Shown: positions 37,890 through 52,983, counted from the first letter of the stretch. The stretch is DNA of 64,000 bases from Octopus sinensis (GCF_006345805.1 NC_043003.1:4836001-4900000); one strand, 5' to 3'. Translations and numbers: made by a program. Notes: generated from the sequence alone by a model not told the origin.

Positions 37890-38285
37890 ATGTCCATCCT
37901 GATTTTAACCGTCTCCACCATCGCTGCCTCCACCGTTGTGTCAGGACCAGTCATTCGAGTGCACAATGGCGACAATGGGATTGTCATACTTGTTATGCCA
38001 GATTGTCGTACTGTACTCCGTACATCCTACGATGTACTCTGTACGATGCAGGACATCACATACTGTACTCCGTACGAGGCAGGAATTTGTGGTGTCTGCA
38101 GGAAAAGAGTGACAAGAAAGCGACATGGCAAGTGTATCGAGGTTGTTTGTTGTACGATTGGTGATTGCGCAGGACAGAGGATCGCCAGCTTGTGGTGCCA
38201 CCTAGGACTGCTGGTATTGGAAATGTCCCGGGCATATGCAACGATAAGAACAGCAACAACAACAGCAGAAGCAATTATAACATGA
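37890..38285 (+). CDS. Candidate 131-aa Cys-rich ORF with a signal-peptide-like N-terminus (unverified; may be a decayed gene or non-coding)
   Basis: ATG start, hydrophobic MSILILTVSTIAASTVVSG, 10 Cys and RKR sites. It lies in a unique, GC-balanced island. No homology recognised. Confidence 0.2.
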   Translation: MSILILTVSTIAASTVVSGPVIRVHNGDNGIVILVMPDCRTVLRTSYDVLCTMQDITYCTPYEAGICGVCRKRVTRKRHGKCIEVVCCTIGDCAGQRIASLWCHLGLLVLEMSRAYATIRTATTTAEAIIT

Positions 38286-38317
38286 CGACTACAAACAGTC
38301 CTACCACAGCGAATACC

Positions 38318-38545
38318 TATTTCTTTACTACCCACAAGGGGCTAAATACAGAGGGGAGAAACAAGGACAAACAAACGGATTAAGTCGATTATATCGACTC
38401 CAGTGCGCAACCGGTACTTCATTTATCGACCCCGAAAGGATGAAAGGCAAAGTCGACCTCGGCGGAATTTGAACCCAGGACGTAACGACAGACAAAATAC
38501 GGCTACGCATTTCGCCCGGCGTGCTAACGTTTCTGCCAGCTCGCC
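38318..38545 (-). mobile_element. SINE family A, full length with a perfect 15-bp TSD
   Basis: ACCACAGCGAATACC occurs at 38303-38317 and 38546-38560, flanking the element. Confidence 0.95.
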
Positions 38546-38619
38546 ACCACAGCGAATACCATCACCAGAAACAGTAGCAAAACGACCGATGCTGTAAACA
38601 ATGCCAAAAAGGCTGCCAG

Positions 38620-39300
38620 TTCTAAGACCTGCATCACAACCATCACCACAACCACCACCACCACCACCATCACCGTCTCCAGTATTTACACCTCACCGCC
38701 ACACGCACCATTCCTGTAGCGCCGCCATTTTTTATCATCAGCTTCACTCGCATCGCAATCATCATAATAACTATTGCCATCCCTATCGTGACCATCATTG
38801 CCGACACTGTTAGCACCACTAACGCCACCACAAGTACCAACAGCGTTATCACCATCATCCCGACTTCCATCATCAAAACTACCACTATCACCACCACCAT
38901 TTCCGCCTCCCCCACAACCGTCGCCAACGCCATCACAATTGCTACCATCACCACTACCATCACTACGACATCCATCGCAGCCAACACCACCACCATCAAA
39001 GCAATCACCTTTACAACCACCACACCACCACCACCACTTACATCACCATCACAGCCAATCCTTTTAACATTACCGTCACCACCACTACACCACCACCACC
39101 AACAACAACAACACCAACAACACCACCAACACCACCATCATCACCACCACCACCGCCAACAACAAAAGAACAGGCCACCAACACCACCATGACCACCACC
39201 AGCGCCACCCCTTAATATAACAGCTCGTAAAGCAATGACGCTGTTGTATATTCCTGAGTAGCAGCAGCAGCGGTAGCAGCAGTAGTAGCAGCAGCAGCAT
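38620..39300. repeat. Cryptic (CAC/CAT/CAA)n low-complexity tract
   Basis: Mixed trinucleotide repeats. Similar tracts occur at ~37400-37710, ~54690-55010 and ~55200-55335. Confidence 0.85.
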
Positions 39301-39611
39301 TGGCCCTATTTGAGAGGCAATGTGTGACAGTTATTACATTAGCATTGACAGGTAGAGCAGCGGTCTGAACGGCGGCGCTCACCCAGCTCTCCACTTAACA
39401 CTCATAATATTTGTTCTTTTATCAATGTGAAGCCGTTCAAATGGTCGACAGATTTGGAGAAAAGCTACAGTTATTACTTACCACTGCACACAATAGCCAC
39501 ACGTTTATAAACATACATACATACACACATACGTGCATACATACAGGAACGCAAAAATATACACACGAACACAGACGTACATACGCACGCACACACCAAA
39601 CACGTATACGT

Positions 39612-39661
<50 letters not shown>

Positions 39662-39669
39662 CATACAAC

Positions 39670-39783
<114 letters not shown>

Positions 39784-40264
39784 TATATATATAATATATA
39801 ACATATATATATATACATGCAAATATATATATATATATATAATATATATATAACACACACACGCACACAGGGATTTAGATAACATTTCATCTGTGTTATG
39901 TATATAAGTGTGAGTGAGTGTGTAGATACATATGTGTGTGTGTGTGTGTGTGTGAGTATATATATGTATATTTATTAATATATTTATATATATTACATAC
40001 CAGACATATTATATATATATATATATTATATATATATATATATATTATGTATGTATGTATATTATATATATACTTATATATACATATACTTACGCATATA
40101 GGCACGTGAGCGAGCGCGAGATATATACGCTGATCTAGGATATATATATATATATATATATACCATGAACATATACATATACACACACATATGTATATAT
40201 ATGGATATATATGTATATATATGTATATATTTATATATATAAAATATATATGTCTATGTGTGTG

Positions 40265-40301
<37 letters not shown>

Positions 40302-41652
40302 TTATGCGTTCACACTTATACTTTCACATTTGCATAGAGTCATATAAAGATATATACACTTCTATGTGTGCAGTGTTTAAATAAATATATATACATATGA
40401 ATGTATTCATATAATTACATTTTCCAAAATCTGTAGAAGTATAGATATATATACCATTAAAACCACTGATAGATATATACGTAGAAATACGAAGAAATAC
40501 GCGCACATACACACACACATATATATATATACTTAGATGAATACACAGGCGTATATACATCCATATATATATATGTGTGTATATGGATATGCCTATATAC
40601 ATATGTACACACACATGTATAGTTATACATACATATATATATCTGTGTGTCTGTGCATATGTATGTAGTCACATATATGTTAGCGTAATTATCGATATGG
40701 TTGTGTACATATGTAAGGTTGTATTCTTGTCTTAATCGCCTCTTCTCTTAGATCACGCTGAATTTCGCGAAATGTCGTGAAATTCTTTAAGTCATCTACT
40801 TCAACGAGCAAATTATTGTTAAGATAGACATAGGAGTTGAACATTTATTGGAATTAACCTGTTTGCTTTTCTTTATTGAACACTGCCAGCTTCGATAGTC
40901 GATGACCGTTCTAGCTGTCTTCCTACCATTTGTAATTATAGAGATCTACCTAGATGTCGACCATTCTAATTCTGCTGCAAAATCTACCAATGTCTACATT
41001 TTTGTATCTTTTAAAACCATTGTTTGTTTTATCTCTTAATCTTCAACCGGACCCTCAAACGGTTAATTCTTCAAAAGTTATTCCAATTCAATTGTGTATG
41101 GCCATCATCATCTGCAATCGATCGCGCATTGTTATTGGTAGTTTCTCTGTTGTTCTTCTTGGTATTGTTTTTGTTGATGTTGCTCTTTCTAAACACAGAT
41201 TGTTTTTGCAACATTCTTCTCTCTTTCACTCAAAAAACCAGAAAGAATTTAAGTTGCTGTCAATTTATCGTTCAAAGATAATGTTTCTTTAGTTTAAGAT
41301 TTTTTTTTTCCCGTCTCTTCTTTTTGTTTCGTCTCTGACAGAATTCACTGAAAATCTTCATTTTTACTGGCCATTCTAATTGCTTTAGCTTTAAACCATA
41401 ATTCAAACAAAAAGAAAGGTATATGCTGTCTTTTACAATTCAGAACTTTTCCATCAGTTTTAATAAAGTTTTCTCGATAAACTTTTCTCCCGATAAACTT
41501 CACAGGGTCTGAAAGGAATTCTGTAAACATTTATTGGTTAAGAATACTCTGTTTAAGAGACTCTGCACTTAATATTCCAAAATTTTCATATCTCATCACC
41601 TTTTCGTCACTGATATATTTATATATATAATATATATACATATATACATACA

Positions 41653-41684
<32 letters not shown>

Positions 41685-42333
41685 CGCATGCATGCATACA
41701 TACACACACATATACTTACATAATACGTATGTATAAATACATACATACGTGTGCATGTATGTATGTATAAATGTATCAGTGACGAAACGGTGATGGATGA
41801 AAAACTCCGGAATATGAAGTGGTGTCAATTAAATAGAATCATACATGCACACACCCACACTCACGCATATAGAACATACATGCATACATATATATGCGTA
41901 TATATTATATATATATTATGCGTATATATATGCGTATATATATATATAGTATATATATATTATATATATATATATATAATATTATTATAATAATATATAC
42001 ATATATATTATACATATATATACATATATATTATTATACATATATTTATACATATATATAATTAACATATATATATATTATACATATATATATATACATA
42101 CATACACACATATATATATATATATACATATATATACATACATAATATATATACATATAGATATATATATACATACATATATAAACATATATATATATAC
42201 ATACATATATAAACATATAATATATATACATACATATATAACATACATATTATACATATATATATATATTACATACATATATATACATTAGATACATACT
42301 ACATATTATATAACATATATATATATTATATAC

Positions 42334-42379
<46 letters not shown>

Positions 42380-42799
42380 ATTATATATATGTACACATAT
42401 CAATCACAGTGTATTTATGATGTTTGTAGCTATCTATATGTAGCATACATATAGAAATACACACACACATATACACACATATAGGTGTATGTGTATGTGT
42501 GATGACACCTAGACATAACTACATATTGACACGTAAATCTCTCCACACCCACGAACAGACTCTCGCACACATAAACTCGTACACATATTAGAAAACGGAC
42601 GCGATGCTAACAATACATAGCAGCATACCCTATTCTACACTCTACAACTTTGTCTGAGATATTGTTATCGCTAACCTCTCAAAATTAACTTAGCCTAACG
42701 GGACTGACAAAATTCTCCTAATTCTATTTATATAAATACTGACAATTGTTCACTCTATAGAAATAGTGAACTGAAAGAAACTGCGAAACCGTTTCCTAG

Positions 42800-44270
42800 T
42801 CTCCACTCAAAACCATCCCCCACCCACCACCCCTTTAATATGAGCTGCCAACTCCTTCAAGAAAAATTTAGTCAAACATGCAGCCATTCAAATTTGAAAT
42901 TGCAATACAAAGTCAATTTCTTGCATAATGTCTCATGTACTCTATATAAAATCTACCACACTTTTCGAAATCACGCGATGCTTTCTACCCTTTGTTGAGT
43001 CGGACACCGACATTTTCAAGTTTTGCCAATCTATTTCTTCAATCACGTAAAATATTTTCTTCAAGTTCTAATCCTTAACAGACACTCTTAATTAGTCTCC
43101 TGTGGACCACGTAGGGTGTTTTAAATTTTCGCTATTTTAAACATTTCCTTTCCCAATGCAATTTCTTCGAACTCTCAGCAATAGGACAATTCTGTGCATT
43201 ATGCCCACGATTATAAAAAAATCAATGCCACCACAATTTATCGAAACTATTTCTAAATGTACAAGAATTATGTAATATATGTCGTTTTGCATGAAGTTGC
43301 TGAGTGTCTCTTGTACGTCTGAATCTATTTCAGATATTTTATATATGTATGCTTGCCTGTGCTTGTGTATATAAGTATAAGTGTGTTTCTTTTGTGTATA
43401 TATACATATATATATGCGCTACGTATGGTGCATCTATGCATACAGACTCAGACATAAACACGTACACACACACAAATGTGTGTACTTTTATTTTATATCT
43501 GTTCATCGTATTTTTTTATTATTATTATTATTATTATCATTATTTTCATTATTGTCTTCTTCCTATTTAACGCCAGACTTTTCTTGTTCAATATTGATTT
43601 TTTTTCTTCTTTTATTTTTGATATTTTCTGATAAATTTTGCCAAGTTTTCATATTCTTACATAATTCTCATTATTTCCAATAATTCATAGAATTTCCTTA
43701 ATATTATACTCTTTGATCTCTACTGTGTCACCTTCCTTTAAACCACACCTATTCTCTGAATGTATCTTTTCTATCTTCTCTTCCAGCAACATTATTTATT
43801 TCTAAACTTTACTACAGTTATTTCTTCTAATACCATATATCTTGTAAATATTCTTAACCATCCCTTCTAAACGCGTGTATCTTTACTCAGTGTTTTCTAG
43901 ATTTAAACCCTTATCTACAACATCGTCACTGCACATCTAAATGTCATTTTCATCACTTCCCTACGTTATATCGTATTTCGCTGGAATGTAGAATATTTTT
44001 TTAACACTAACACATTTTTCATTACATCCTTCTTTCATTAATATCGATAAATGTGTTCTCCCTGATATATAAAACTTGTATATTCACCATAAATGTTGAA
44101 ATTAATTTAAAGTGCAGTAAAATATTTTTAACATTCAAAACGTGAATTGAAAGTTTACCATTTCCCAGCTTTTAAGTAAAATGTCTTCATTTTAATATAA
44201 ATACACTTGTTTTTATAGTGTTCTATTACATCTAGTTAAGATATCGCTTTTGAATTTCTTAAATTCAATA
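42800..44270 (-). mobile_element. Possible degenerate I/Nimb-group LINE ORF1 (gag-like), interrupted by simple repeats at ~43300-43690
   Basis: Minus-strand fragments ..KGWLRI.. and then INCGG..GHNAQNCPI..KKLHWERKCLK..PYVVHRRLI resemble the KAGWL and CxxC..H...C knuckle region. Many stops and frameshifts. Confidence 0.35.
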
Positions 44271-44284
44271 AATTAATGGTACTT

Positions 44285-44465
44285 TAATTCTGCATTCTGT
44301 AATTCTGCATTCTGTAATTCTACATTCTGTAATTCTACATTCTGTAATTCTGCATTCTGTAATTCTACATTCTGTAATTCTGCATTCTGTAATTCTACAT
44401 ACTGTAATTCTGCATTCTGTAATTCTGCATTCTGTAATTCTGCATTCTGTAATTCTACATACTGT
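44285..44465. repeat. 15-bp minisatellite (TAATTCTRCATTCTG) x ~12
   Basis: Period of 15 verified (taattc at 44285, 44300, ...), with G/A and T/A variant positions. Confidence 0.95.
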
Positions 44466-44894
44466 GTGTATGTAAATTACATACGCACACTATTTATGTG
44501 CGTGTTTCTTTGAGTGTTTGCGTTTCTGTGTGTGGAGAGAGAAAGAAAACAAAGTCGGTAGAGTGACATACAGTTGATAGATTCCATTTAATCGGGAGAG
44601 AGAGAGAGACAGACAGACAGACATTAACTATTTCCTTTCATATTCATTCCATTTTGAATGGAAAAAGAGGGACCAGAGTTTCAGTTCTATGTAGGTATTT
44701 CATTTGTGATTGGAATTTCTCTTTAATTTTTCAAAGACCCAGTCACTAATAACTGAAGTTAAAACTCGTCTTGGTTGAATTCAGTACATTCTTGGTCGAC
44801 AATATGATGAATAAAAGTTTCTGGTACTTTTTATTCCAATGGTGTTAGTTCTAGAGAATATACACATACATACATGCATACAGTCACACACACA

Positions 44895-44941
<47 letters not shown>

Positions 44942-44971
44942 CTATTACTCCCCTCCCCACACGCACACACG

Positions 44972-45002
<31 letters not shown>

Positions 45003-46555
45003 CTCTAAATTTTCTACCCTTATTTTCACAGTGTGTGTGTGGTGAATATATATATATATTGAAGTGGCTACGAACATATATATATATTAATATATTATAT
45101 ACACGCACACACACACACACATATATTTATGTATGTATCTATGTATATATATATATATATATATATACAGACCCATATATATATATATATACACCCATAT
45201 ATATACATATATACATATATGTATATATATTCTTTTACTCTTTTACTTTTCTCTAGTTTCAGTCATTTGACTGCGGCAAGCTGGAGCACCGACTTTAGTA
45301 AACCTAATAACTACTCCATCGGGCACATTGCCGATCCGTTAAGTTATGAGGGCATAAACACACGTCTTTGCCACAATATACGCAGTGAAGCTTTACAATA
45401 GCGTCGTATTTGTATCGGCTGCTATTCCCAGTAAATATTGGTGTGTGTCTTTTAGCCAACAATATATGTATAGACAGCTGCAAAAACCTTGACTTTATAT
45501 ACAATACTTTTGTGGAGAGAATCAGGCATCTGCTAGTCTGGTCTTGATCCTTTGTTGGGATCTCATTACCGACTGATTACCTTCTTTTGATATCCTGTGA
45601 GATGCAACATTTAAATTCTTACTAATTAGTTTGATAATCTGCATCCAGTGAAACGTCCACAAAACTCAGAGAATTGTTATACTAAATATTCGGCTCTACA
45701 CCCGCTATTGAGTCTTCCCTTCCGCCAAAATTTCTGTATTTTATGGATTTAAGACCATTCATGTACATACAAGTATTTAAATATATGTATACATATATAG
45801 GTACACGTGCACGCTTAATACACACGCACATACATATACATGTATTTATACTACCACACTGTAATTGTGTGAAAATGTGAGCAGGCTTGTGAGATGAGAA
45901 GAGATTAAATTAGGAATCTATTTGATCTGGTTGTACTAGATTTTCTCCTTGTTCTATTTGAATCTGTCGATCGCTGCCTGGATTAAATACTAATGCACTC
46001 AATCAGTTGCGAAATCAATTTTTTCATCATCGCACATGTCTGTGTGTCTGTGTGTATACGCGCGTGTGTAGATGTCATTGTGTATGTATATGTGTTCGAC
46101 TATGTGCCTTCTCACCTAAACAATATTGAAAGGACGGTGTTGGGATCCATAATTTACGTTTGACATTTGTTTCACTGTCATATACGCCATTTTATTAATC
46201 GCGCTGATAAAATTATTGTCGCCATTTTGTCAGACATTTTCCTGGCTGTAAAACTAACGAACTAAATGTAAAACCGATCGAATAATCTAGCGTTAAAATC
46301 CATCTACTTTTGTCTTTCCATCTCTCCATATATTTATTCATTTATTTATTTTTTCGTCACCATTGTATCATAACCACTCCCTATCTTTCTCTTTCCCTCT
46401 TTGTATATCTGTCTCTTTCTATCTATCTATCTTTATGTCTGTCTGTCTGTCTATTTATCTATATATCTATCTTTATGTCCTCTGTCTATTTATCTATCTA
46501 TCTATCTTTATGTCTATCTATCTAACTAACTATATATAGAGAGAGAAGTAGCTAG

Positions 46556-46603
<48 letters not shown>

Positions 46604-46845
46604 TAGGTTAAAACCTACGTCACTAAGTACATGGTGTATTATATTAAAACGAAGCGAAGCAGAATTTATTTAACGAGATACCTCATATAACATCACATAA
46701 CGAGACTCTAGGACAACTAGGAATGCGCTTACCACCAGTTGCATAGTGGTTTCACCCGCGTCGTATCGATGTAAGTTCGGTCGAAAACGATCGTCGTGAG
46801 CAATAAATTTTGTTGTTGAGTATTTCATTATCCGTCTCGATTATT

Positions 46846-46897
<52 letters not shown>

Positions 46898-48075
46898 CAG
46901 CGTGTGTGTATCTGTGCTTACAACCGAATACGTTTTTGCACCTCTGTAATTTTCCGGTGTCTGCTTTGCTCTTCTCACTGTAGACCATATCTCAAATTAT
47001 TACTAGGTTCCGCAAGAGATTTAACCGTTATAGAGCACAGTTTCAACTGTAAATAAACTTATCTCAGTAGATCATTCCAGACTTTGTGTGACTTGAGTGA
47101 AATTTCTGCTAAACGCTAAAATTTCATTGACAAATTTGCTGCAGGATTTCATTCATAAGATGAGTAACTAAAGAAACACCTAACACGCGGCAGTGACAGA
47201 TAGAAACCCCATACTTGTTCCAATGTCTGGGGCAGTCATTACCAAAGAATGAATATATTGATAAGATACAACATCGGATAATATTTGCTAGCGCAACATT
47301 TGTATGTTTAAGACAGACGATATGCAAAGTTCAGGTGTTTAAGACATTTGCTGAAGTTATTTAATCCTAAAGTACACGATTCTCGAATGATCGCCAATTC
47401 ATTAATCTGGAGACATTCCAATTGTGATGTGTGTGGAAAACCACGCAGAAACAGCTGTAGAAGAGACAGAGGAGTGTCAATTTAATTCACGAAACTAATA
47501 TCTGTTGAACTAAAACGAAGTTTACCTATCACAAGTTTCAACAGATAAGCAATGCCGGAATGATGTTGGGCCATTTTCTGCATCCAAATGACTGCTTTAA
47601 TTGCAGCTAAAGCAAAGAAAATACGAAGTGATGCAAAAGTAGTTTAAAAAAATAGAGTCAATGTGAAAGACGAGCAAACGCGCGTGCGAGTGCACGCACG
47701 AGGGCAAAGTGAGAGAGAGGGAGAGAGGAAGAGAAAGAGACAGAGTATTTATGTATATATGTACATACGCATGTGTATATGTATGCATGTATGCAACTAC
47801 CTACCTATGTATGTGTGCATGTGTATACATGTCAGTGAATATGCTCCCCCAGCGTATAATTTGGTCTTGATGACTAAGACAATCTAAGTAGAATAAACAC
47901 AGATAACAAACACACACAAATATATAGATGTATATCTATCCATAAGCACATATAGACATATGTGTACGTTTCTATGTATTTATTATGTATGTATGTATAT
48001 ATGTTTGTATATATATATATATATATATATGCACATACATATATATACATGCATCCATACATATACATACATACA

Positions 48076-48111
<36 letters not shown>

Positions 48112-48971
48112 ATATCCGTCCATCAATGTTGTATATGTGGATATCTATGCTCGTATATCTAAAAAGTTCGTGTATATGTGTGTGCGTACCTATTGTGTAC
48201 AAATATGTGTATGTATAGAAGAATGTATGCATATATAATTTTTCAATGATGTTAATAACTACAACAACTACAACAACAATAATAACATATCTATACATGT
48301 ATGTATATCCATTGTTGTGCAAAATCTTTAAGACGATATAATAATCAGATCTATTGTTCCTGTATACATAGAATGGTAAGAAGTTATCACCATTCCATGC
48401 ATCTGTCGTAGTTCTTGTATCCGTATAATTAAATTAGCAGACATTTGCAGACAGCCAGTAACGTTTTCACACGCCGCGCTCTCTGATTTCGTTCCGTGTC
48501 ACCTTATCGGTCATAGAACCGCTTCTTTCTGCTCATTTAATGCTGTTAGGCAGGACTTAGCGTGTGTTGCAAGAATCTGCTCTGGGGAGCCGACACCTCT
48601 CGTACTGTATCAGGGTTTTTGATAATTGACTGGGGTATCTTTAATGCCACAAACTGCAAAATGCTGCTCTTTTGATTGATTACTGTTCATATTCAGTTCA
48701 CTTATATTGATAAAGAAGAGAGGAACAAGTGGTCAAGGAAGCCTATCAATTATCGATCAGGTTAATATAAATAGCAGCCAAGTGTCCTTCAAAATAAAGA
48801 CATACATTGCATAATATAGTCCCAGGTATACTATGTTTGTCTGAGATATACTAAATCGTATCTTGAGGTAGTATAGCTGACGGAGAGAAAAAAAAACCAC
48901 AAACAGAAGAGGGAAACCTCCCTCAAATTCTAGGGTAATGCATTCAATGTCGAACCATACATTACTTAAAG

Positions 48972-49152
48972 CAGTGGTTTTGAACCTTAGGGTTCCACCA
49001 GTACAGTTCAGGAGTTCCGCAAGAAGTTACAAAAATGCTAAAATCGACAGTAATTTTTAATTCTCCTGTGCAGATATGTGTGCATAAAACTATTAGATTA
49101 TTGCACAGGGGTTCTTGGGGTTCCGCTCCTGCAAAAAGGTTGAAAAGCACTG
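48972..49152. mobile_element. hAT (Charlie/MER5-like) non-autonomous element
   Basis: TIRs CAGTGGTTTTGAACCT / AGGTTGAAAAGCACTG. The 8-bp flanks acttaaag / acttataa match 6/8, as expected for a decayed hAT TSD. Confidence 0.8.
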
Positions 49153-49394
49153 ACTTATAATATTAGTGCACTCTTGTCTGACAAAAGATGAGATGGTTAT
49201 ACTTGGAACCCCTTTGATCAAAACTGTGTGGGATCAAAACTAGCGTAAGTCATACAGACACATCAATGATGATGAGTAAATATGTAGATTAAAATAGTTT
49301 TCAGTTATGATCCGATTTCTTGAATTTTATGGAATTAATTTGAGTATTGAGGATAACGATCCCTTTGTGTGGAATATTTTAGGAGAATTTCATT

Positions 49395-49550
49395 TTGTCC
49401 GTCTCCACGTTCTGAGTTCAAATTCCGCCGTGGTCGTCTTTGCTTTTCATCCTATCGGGGTCTATAAAATAAGTAACGGCTCAGCACTACTGTTGATGTA
49501 ATCGGCTTACATCCACCCTCGAAAATGCTGACCTTGTGTCCAATTTTGAA
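49395..49550 (+). mobile_element. Degenerate SINE family A-like copy
   Basis: cgttctgagttcaaattccgccgtggtcgtctttgcttttcatcctatcggggtctataaaataagta. Confidence 0.7.
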
Positions 49551-50559
49551 ACTTAGATTCAACTGATTTCTTGCAGTTTATGGAAACAGTGTGGGCTCAA
49601 TGCAGCCGCACATCCCGGATATGAGCGCTGAAGAAAGAAAGAATTAAACCGGCACTACTCTGATACTCATTTAGAGGGGCATCGTAATATCACCAACTTA
49701 ACCCGCCGCCCGTCCGGTTCAGAAATTGAGTTCACGTCACTATGAAGGTGTCTGAGTGAATTTTTCTTCCTTGATATGAGTATAGAAAGCGCGCAAAGGG
49801 TCGTGGATTCTGACCTTTTTTTTTTACTAAAATAAGGAAAATAGAAGAAAATTCAATCACTGATTTCGTTAGAATTTCATCACCATCGAAGATGGTATTG
49901 TCTTCTTATACGAGAGATCTTATACGAGAGATCATCGAAGAAAAACAAAAACTCTTGCTCACGCTATAAAATCCATAACACGGGAGGTGATTACCACATA
50001 ATCCTTTCCAAAGGTAAATGATGCCTTTTACGAAATAGAATGTTATTTATTTGTGGAAAAACTCTAGGATGTCGAAGTTCAAGAATTTGCTTGTGTCTGT
50101 AATATTGGAGTAATATTTGTAGAATATGAGAGTTTGGCAAGCTGTATGTTTGACATTGATGGTTCTTATGTCTGCAATAAGTATTTCTGTAACAACCTGA
50201 TGGTTGTAGCCACTGCAGGAGCTGTTTTGCGATAGTTAATCCTTATGTACGGTTTACGATGCTATAGACTATACCTCCGTTTCGAAACCATTGCTAACGC
50301 ATTTGTTATTTTATAATTTATCTCAGGAGTTCTGGTTCCTACATTTACCAAGCTTAAAGTATGGAATTTCGTCCTCACTCCCGGATTTAATGTTTAAAGT
50401 CTCTTGTGACAATTCCCAGTTATAAATATAACAGAGACGAAGTCTACAATCAGCCACGTGATCAAAGAAGGCGTATACTACTATTACTACTATTCGCCAA
50501 TGTTTACAATTCATTCACTTCACCTGGTGACTCTTCCTGTGAATCCTCAGGCCACCAAA

Positions 50560-50760
50560 AGCAATATGGACATGGCCATGATATATTGAATCATCACCAG
50601 AATTAGGTGGGAGATCTGGATGGAGACAATATTGGCTGCGAGAAGACAGTTGTTCTGTTGGTTTGTTCATGTCACATGTAACCCAATACAACCTGTTGCG
50701 TGGTCGGGTCATCAGCTACAAAACTGGTAACTCCACCAAGCTTGCTTGGTGAGGAGGGTC
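50560..50760 (+). mobile_element. Possible RTE LINE C-terminal remnant
   Basis: RIRWE..METILAARRQLFCWFVHVT loosely resembles the RTE segment RI.W...ETLL..RQLRWFGHV. Confidence 0.3.
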
Positions 50761-50852
50761 ATTGTTGGACTACATACGGGACGAAAAATAAGATCCGTCA
50801 AAAAGCAGAGGAACTCAAGAGTAGTCAATGGCCATCCGACAATATATATTGT

Positions 50853-50916
<64 letters not shown>

Positions 50917-50991
50917 AAAAACCTGCTCCTTTATCCAGCAGGGTGTTATCATTAGAAAGCTAAAGCTATGCATTGTGAACAGTGATGTATA

Positions 50992-51212
50992 TATTTCTTT
51001 ACTACCCACAAGGGGCTAAACATAGAGGGGACAAACAAGGACAGACAAAGGGATTAAGTCGATTACATCGACTCAGTGCGAAACTGGTACTTTATTTATC
51101 GAGAGGATGAAAGGCGAAGTCGACCTCGGCGGAATTTGAACTCAGAACGTAACGGCAGACGAAATACGGCTACACATTTCGCCCGGCGTGCTAACGTTTC
51201 TGCCAGCTCACC
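50992..51212 (-). mobile_element. SINE family A
   Basis: Matches 38318-38545 with a small central deletion. Confidence 0.9.
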
Positions 51213-51972
51213 GAACAACATCGGACAGTCTGGTCGATCACGCGATATATATGCATATACACACATCTCTCTCCCCCCCTCTCTCTAATATATATATATA
51301 CATGCGAACGCGCGTGCACAAGCGGATATTTAAGTATGACCGCTGTCATTATTAGTAAATTGTGTATATTTAGTGTAATATATTTCTTGTCTTTTAGATG
51401 AACCGGAAATTGTTGAGCATCGCAGAATCTTGATATTTCCTTCCTCTATAAATCTAAAGTTTTGTGCCGATGTCAAAAATTACCATATAAACCGATATTA
51501 TTGTAGTATGTCTACATTTAATGTTTATATAAAGGGTACCCTTTAGATACACGATATGGTAACGTTCCAGGTTGGAAACGGGTGAACAGTTCTGAAGATT
51601 CGCGAATAATACAGCAAGATCTGTTTTCAAAAATATCGGTTTTTAGCCGGAACCAGCAGGACTGTTGTCAAAGAAGTATACAGATATCTGAATAAAGGAA
51701 TGGTTTAACAAATGGTATCGTATGACTCCGTGAAATATTCCTTCAGTTGAATGGAGAAGAATTAAGAGTGAAACTCGATGACAACAGCTACAATAAATAT
51801 GGTAAATTCTATTGAAGAAACCAAAGAGAAATTGGAATCAAAGAGAAAACAGAAATTCGGTCTTTGTACATTTATACGTTATCATTTCTATGCGTGTTTG
51901 CATGTGTGTGTGTATCTATGAATCTATACACGCACATGGACTATATGACTATATGAATATATATGTGAGTAC

Positions 51973-52010
<38 letters not shown>

Positions 52011-52056
52011 ATGTGTGTGTGTGTGTGTGTGTGTGTACGTATCTCTTTCTTTATTT

Positions 52057-52095
<39 letters not shown>

Positions 52096-52682
52096 CTGTG
52101 TGCATTTTTGTACAAATATATATAAATATAAGGAGAATGAGAGAGAGAAATAAAGAGAGAAGAGGAGAGAGATAAAAAGAGAGAGAGTTAAGTCTAACAA
52201 TTGATCTGCTGATGTATGCCTATATAGATAATAGACACAGAGACATACACGGCCAAACATACGCACACTGTCACACCCACACACACACACACACATACAT
52301 ACACTGAAATATATAGCTTACATAATGACTTGAAGTAAACTTAATACACGTGTTTGTCAGAAACACATTTTTAACATAAGGGTGAAAGCAAGCAGACGGT
52401 CAGATCCCTTCCTTCTATGTAGATGGACACAAAAGTATGGACCAATGTGACGAGGGATCACCAGGTTACTATGATTAACAAAGGTAGACGGCTTCTTTGT
52501 ATATGCTCCGACTGTCTACATCTTGCGTTCTAATCTTGTCGAGATTAACATTAACAGAAAAAAATTCAGACTTTTTCATTTTTTTCCCATGTTTTTCCAG
52601 TCTGAGTTCAAATCTTACCATGCTCACCGTTTAACAACACATTCAGTTATGTCTGATATATATATATATATATCTATATATA

Positions 52683-52723
<41 letters not shown>

Positions 52724-52942
52724 ACATATATGTATATATACATATATATATATATGTATATACATCCACATATATGTAGATATATAATATTTATATACCA
52801 CAGATATGTATATAGATATATATTATATACACATACATATATGTATATAGATATATATTTATATACACATACATATATGTATGTACATATATCTATATCT
52901 ATATCTATCTATCTATCTATCTTCTATCTATCTATCTATCTA

Positions 52943-52983
<41 letters not shown>

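Noticed and set aside
38670-39300. Thr-, Val- and His-rich ORFs resembling mucins or membrane proteins
   Set aside because: They arise from CAC/CAT/CAA simple sequence, and similar tracts occur three more times in the window. Only the frame restored by SINE removal is noted, as a finding.
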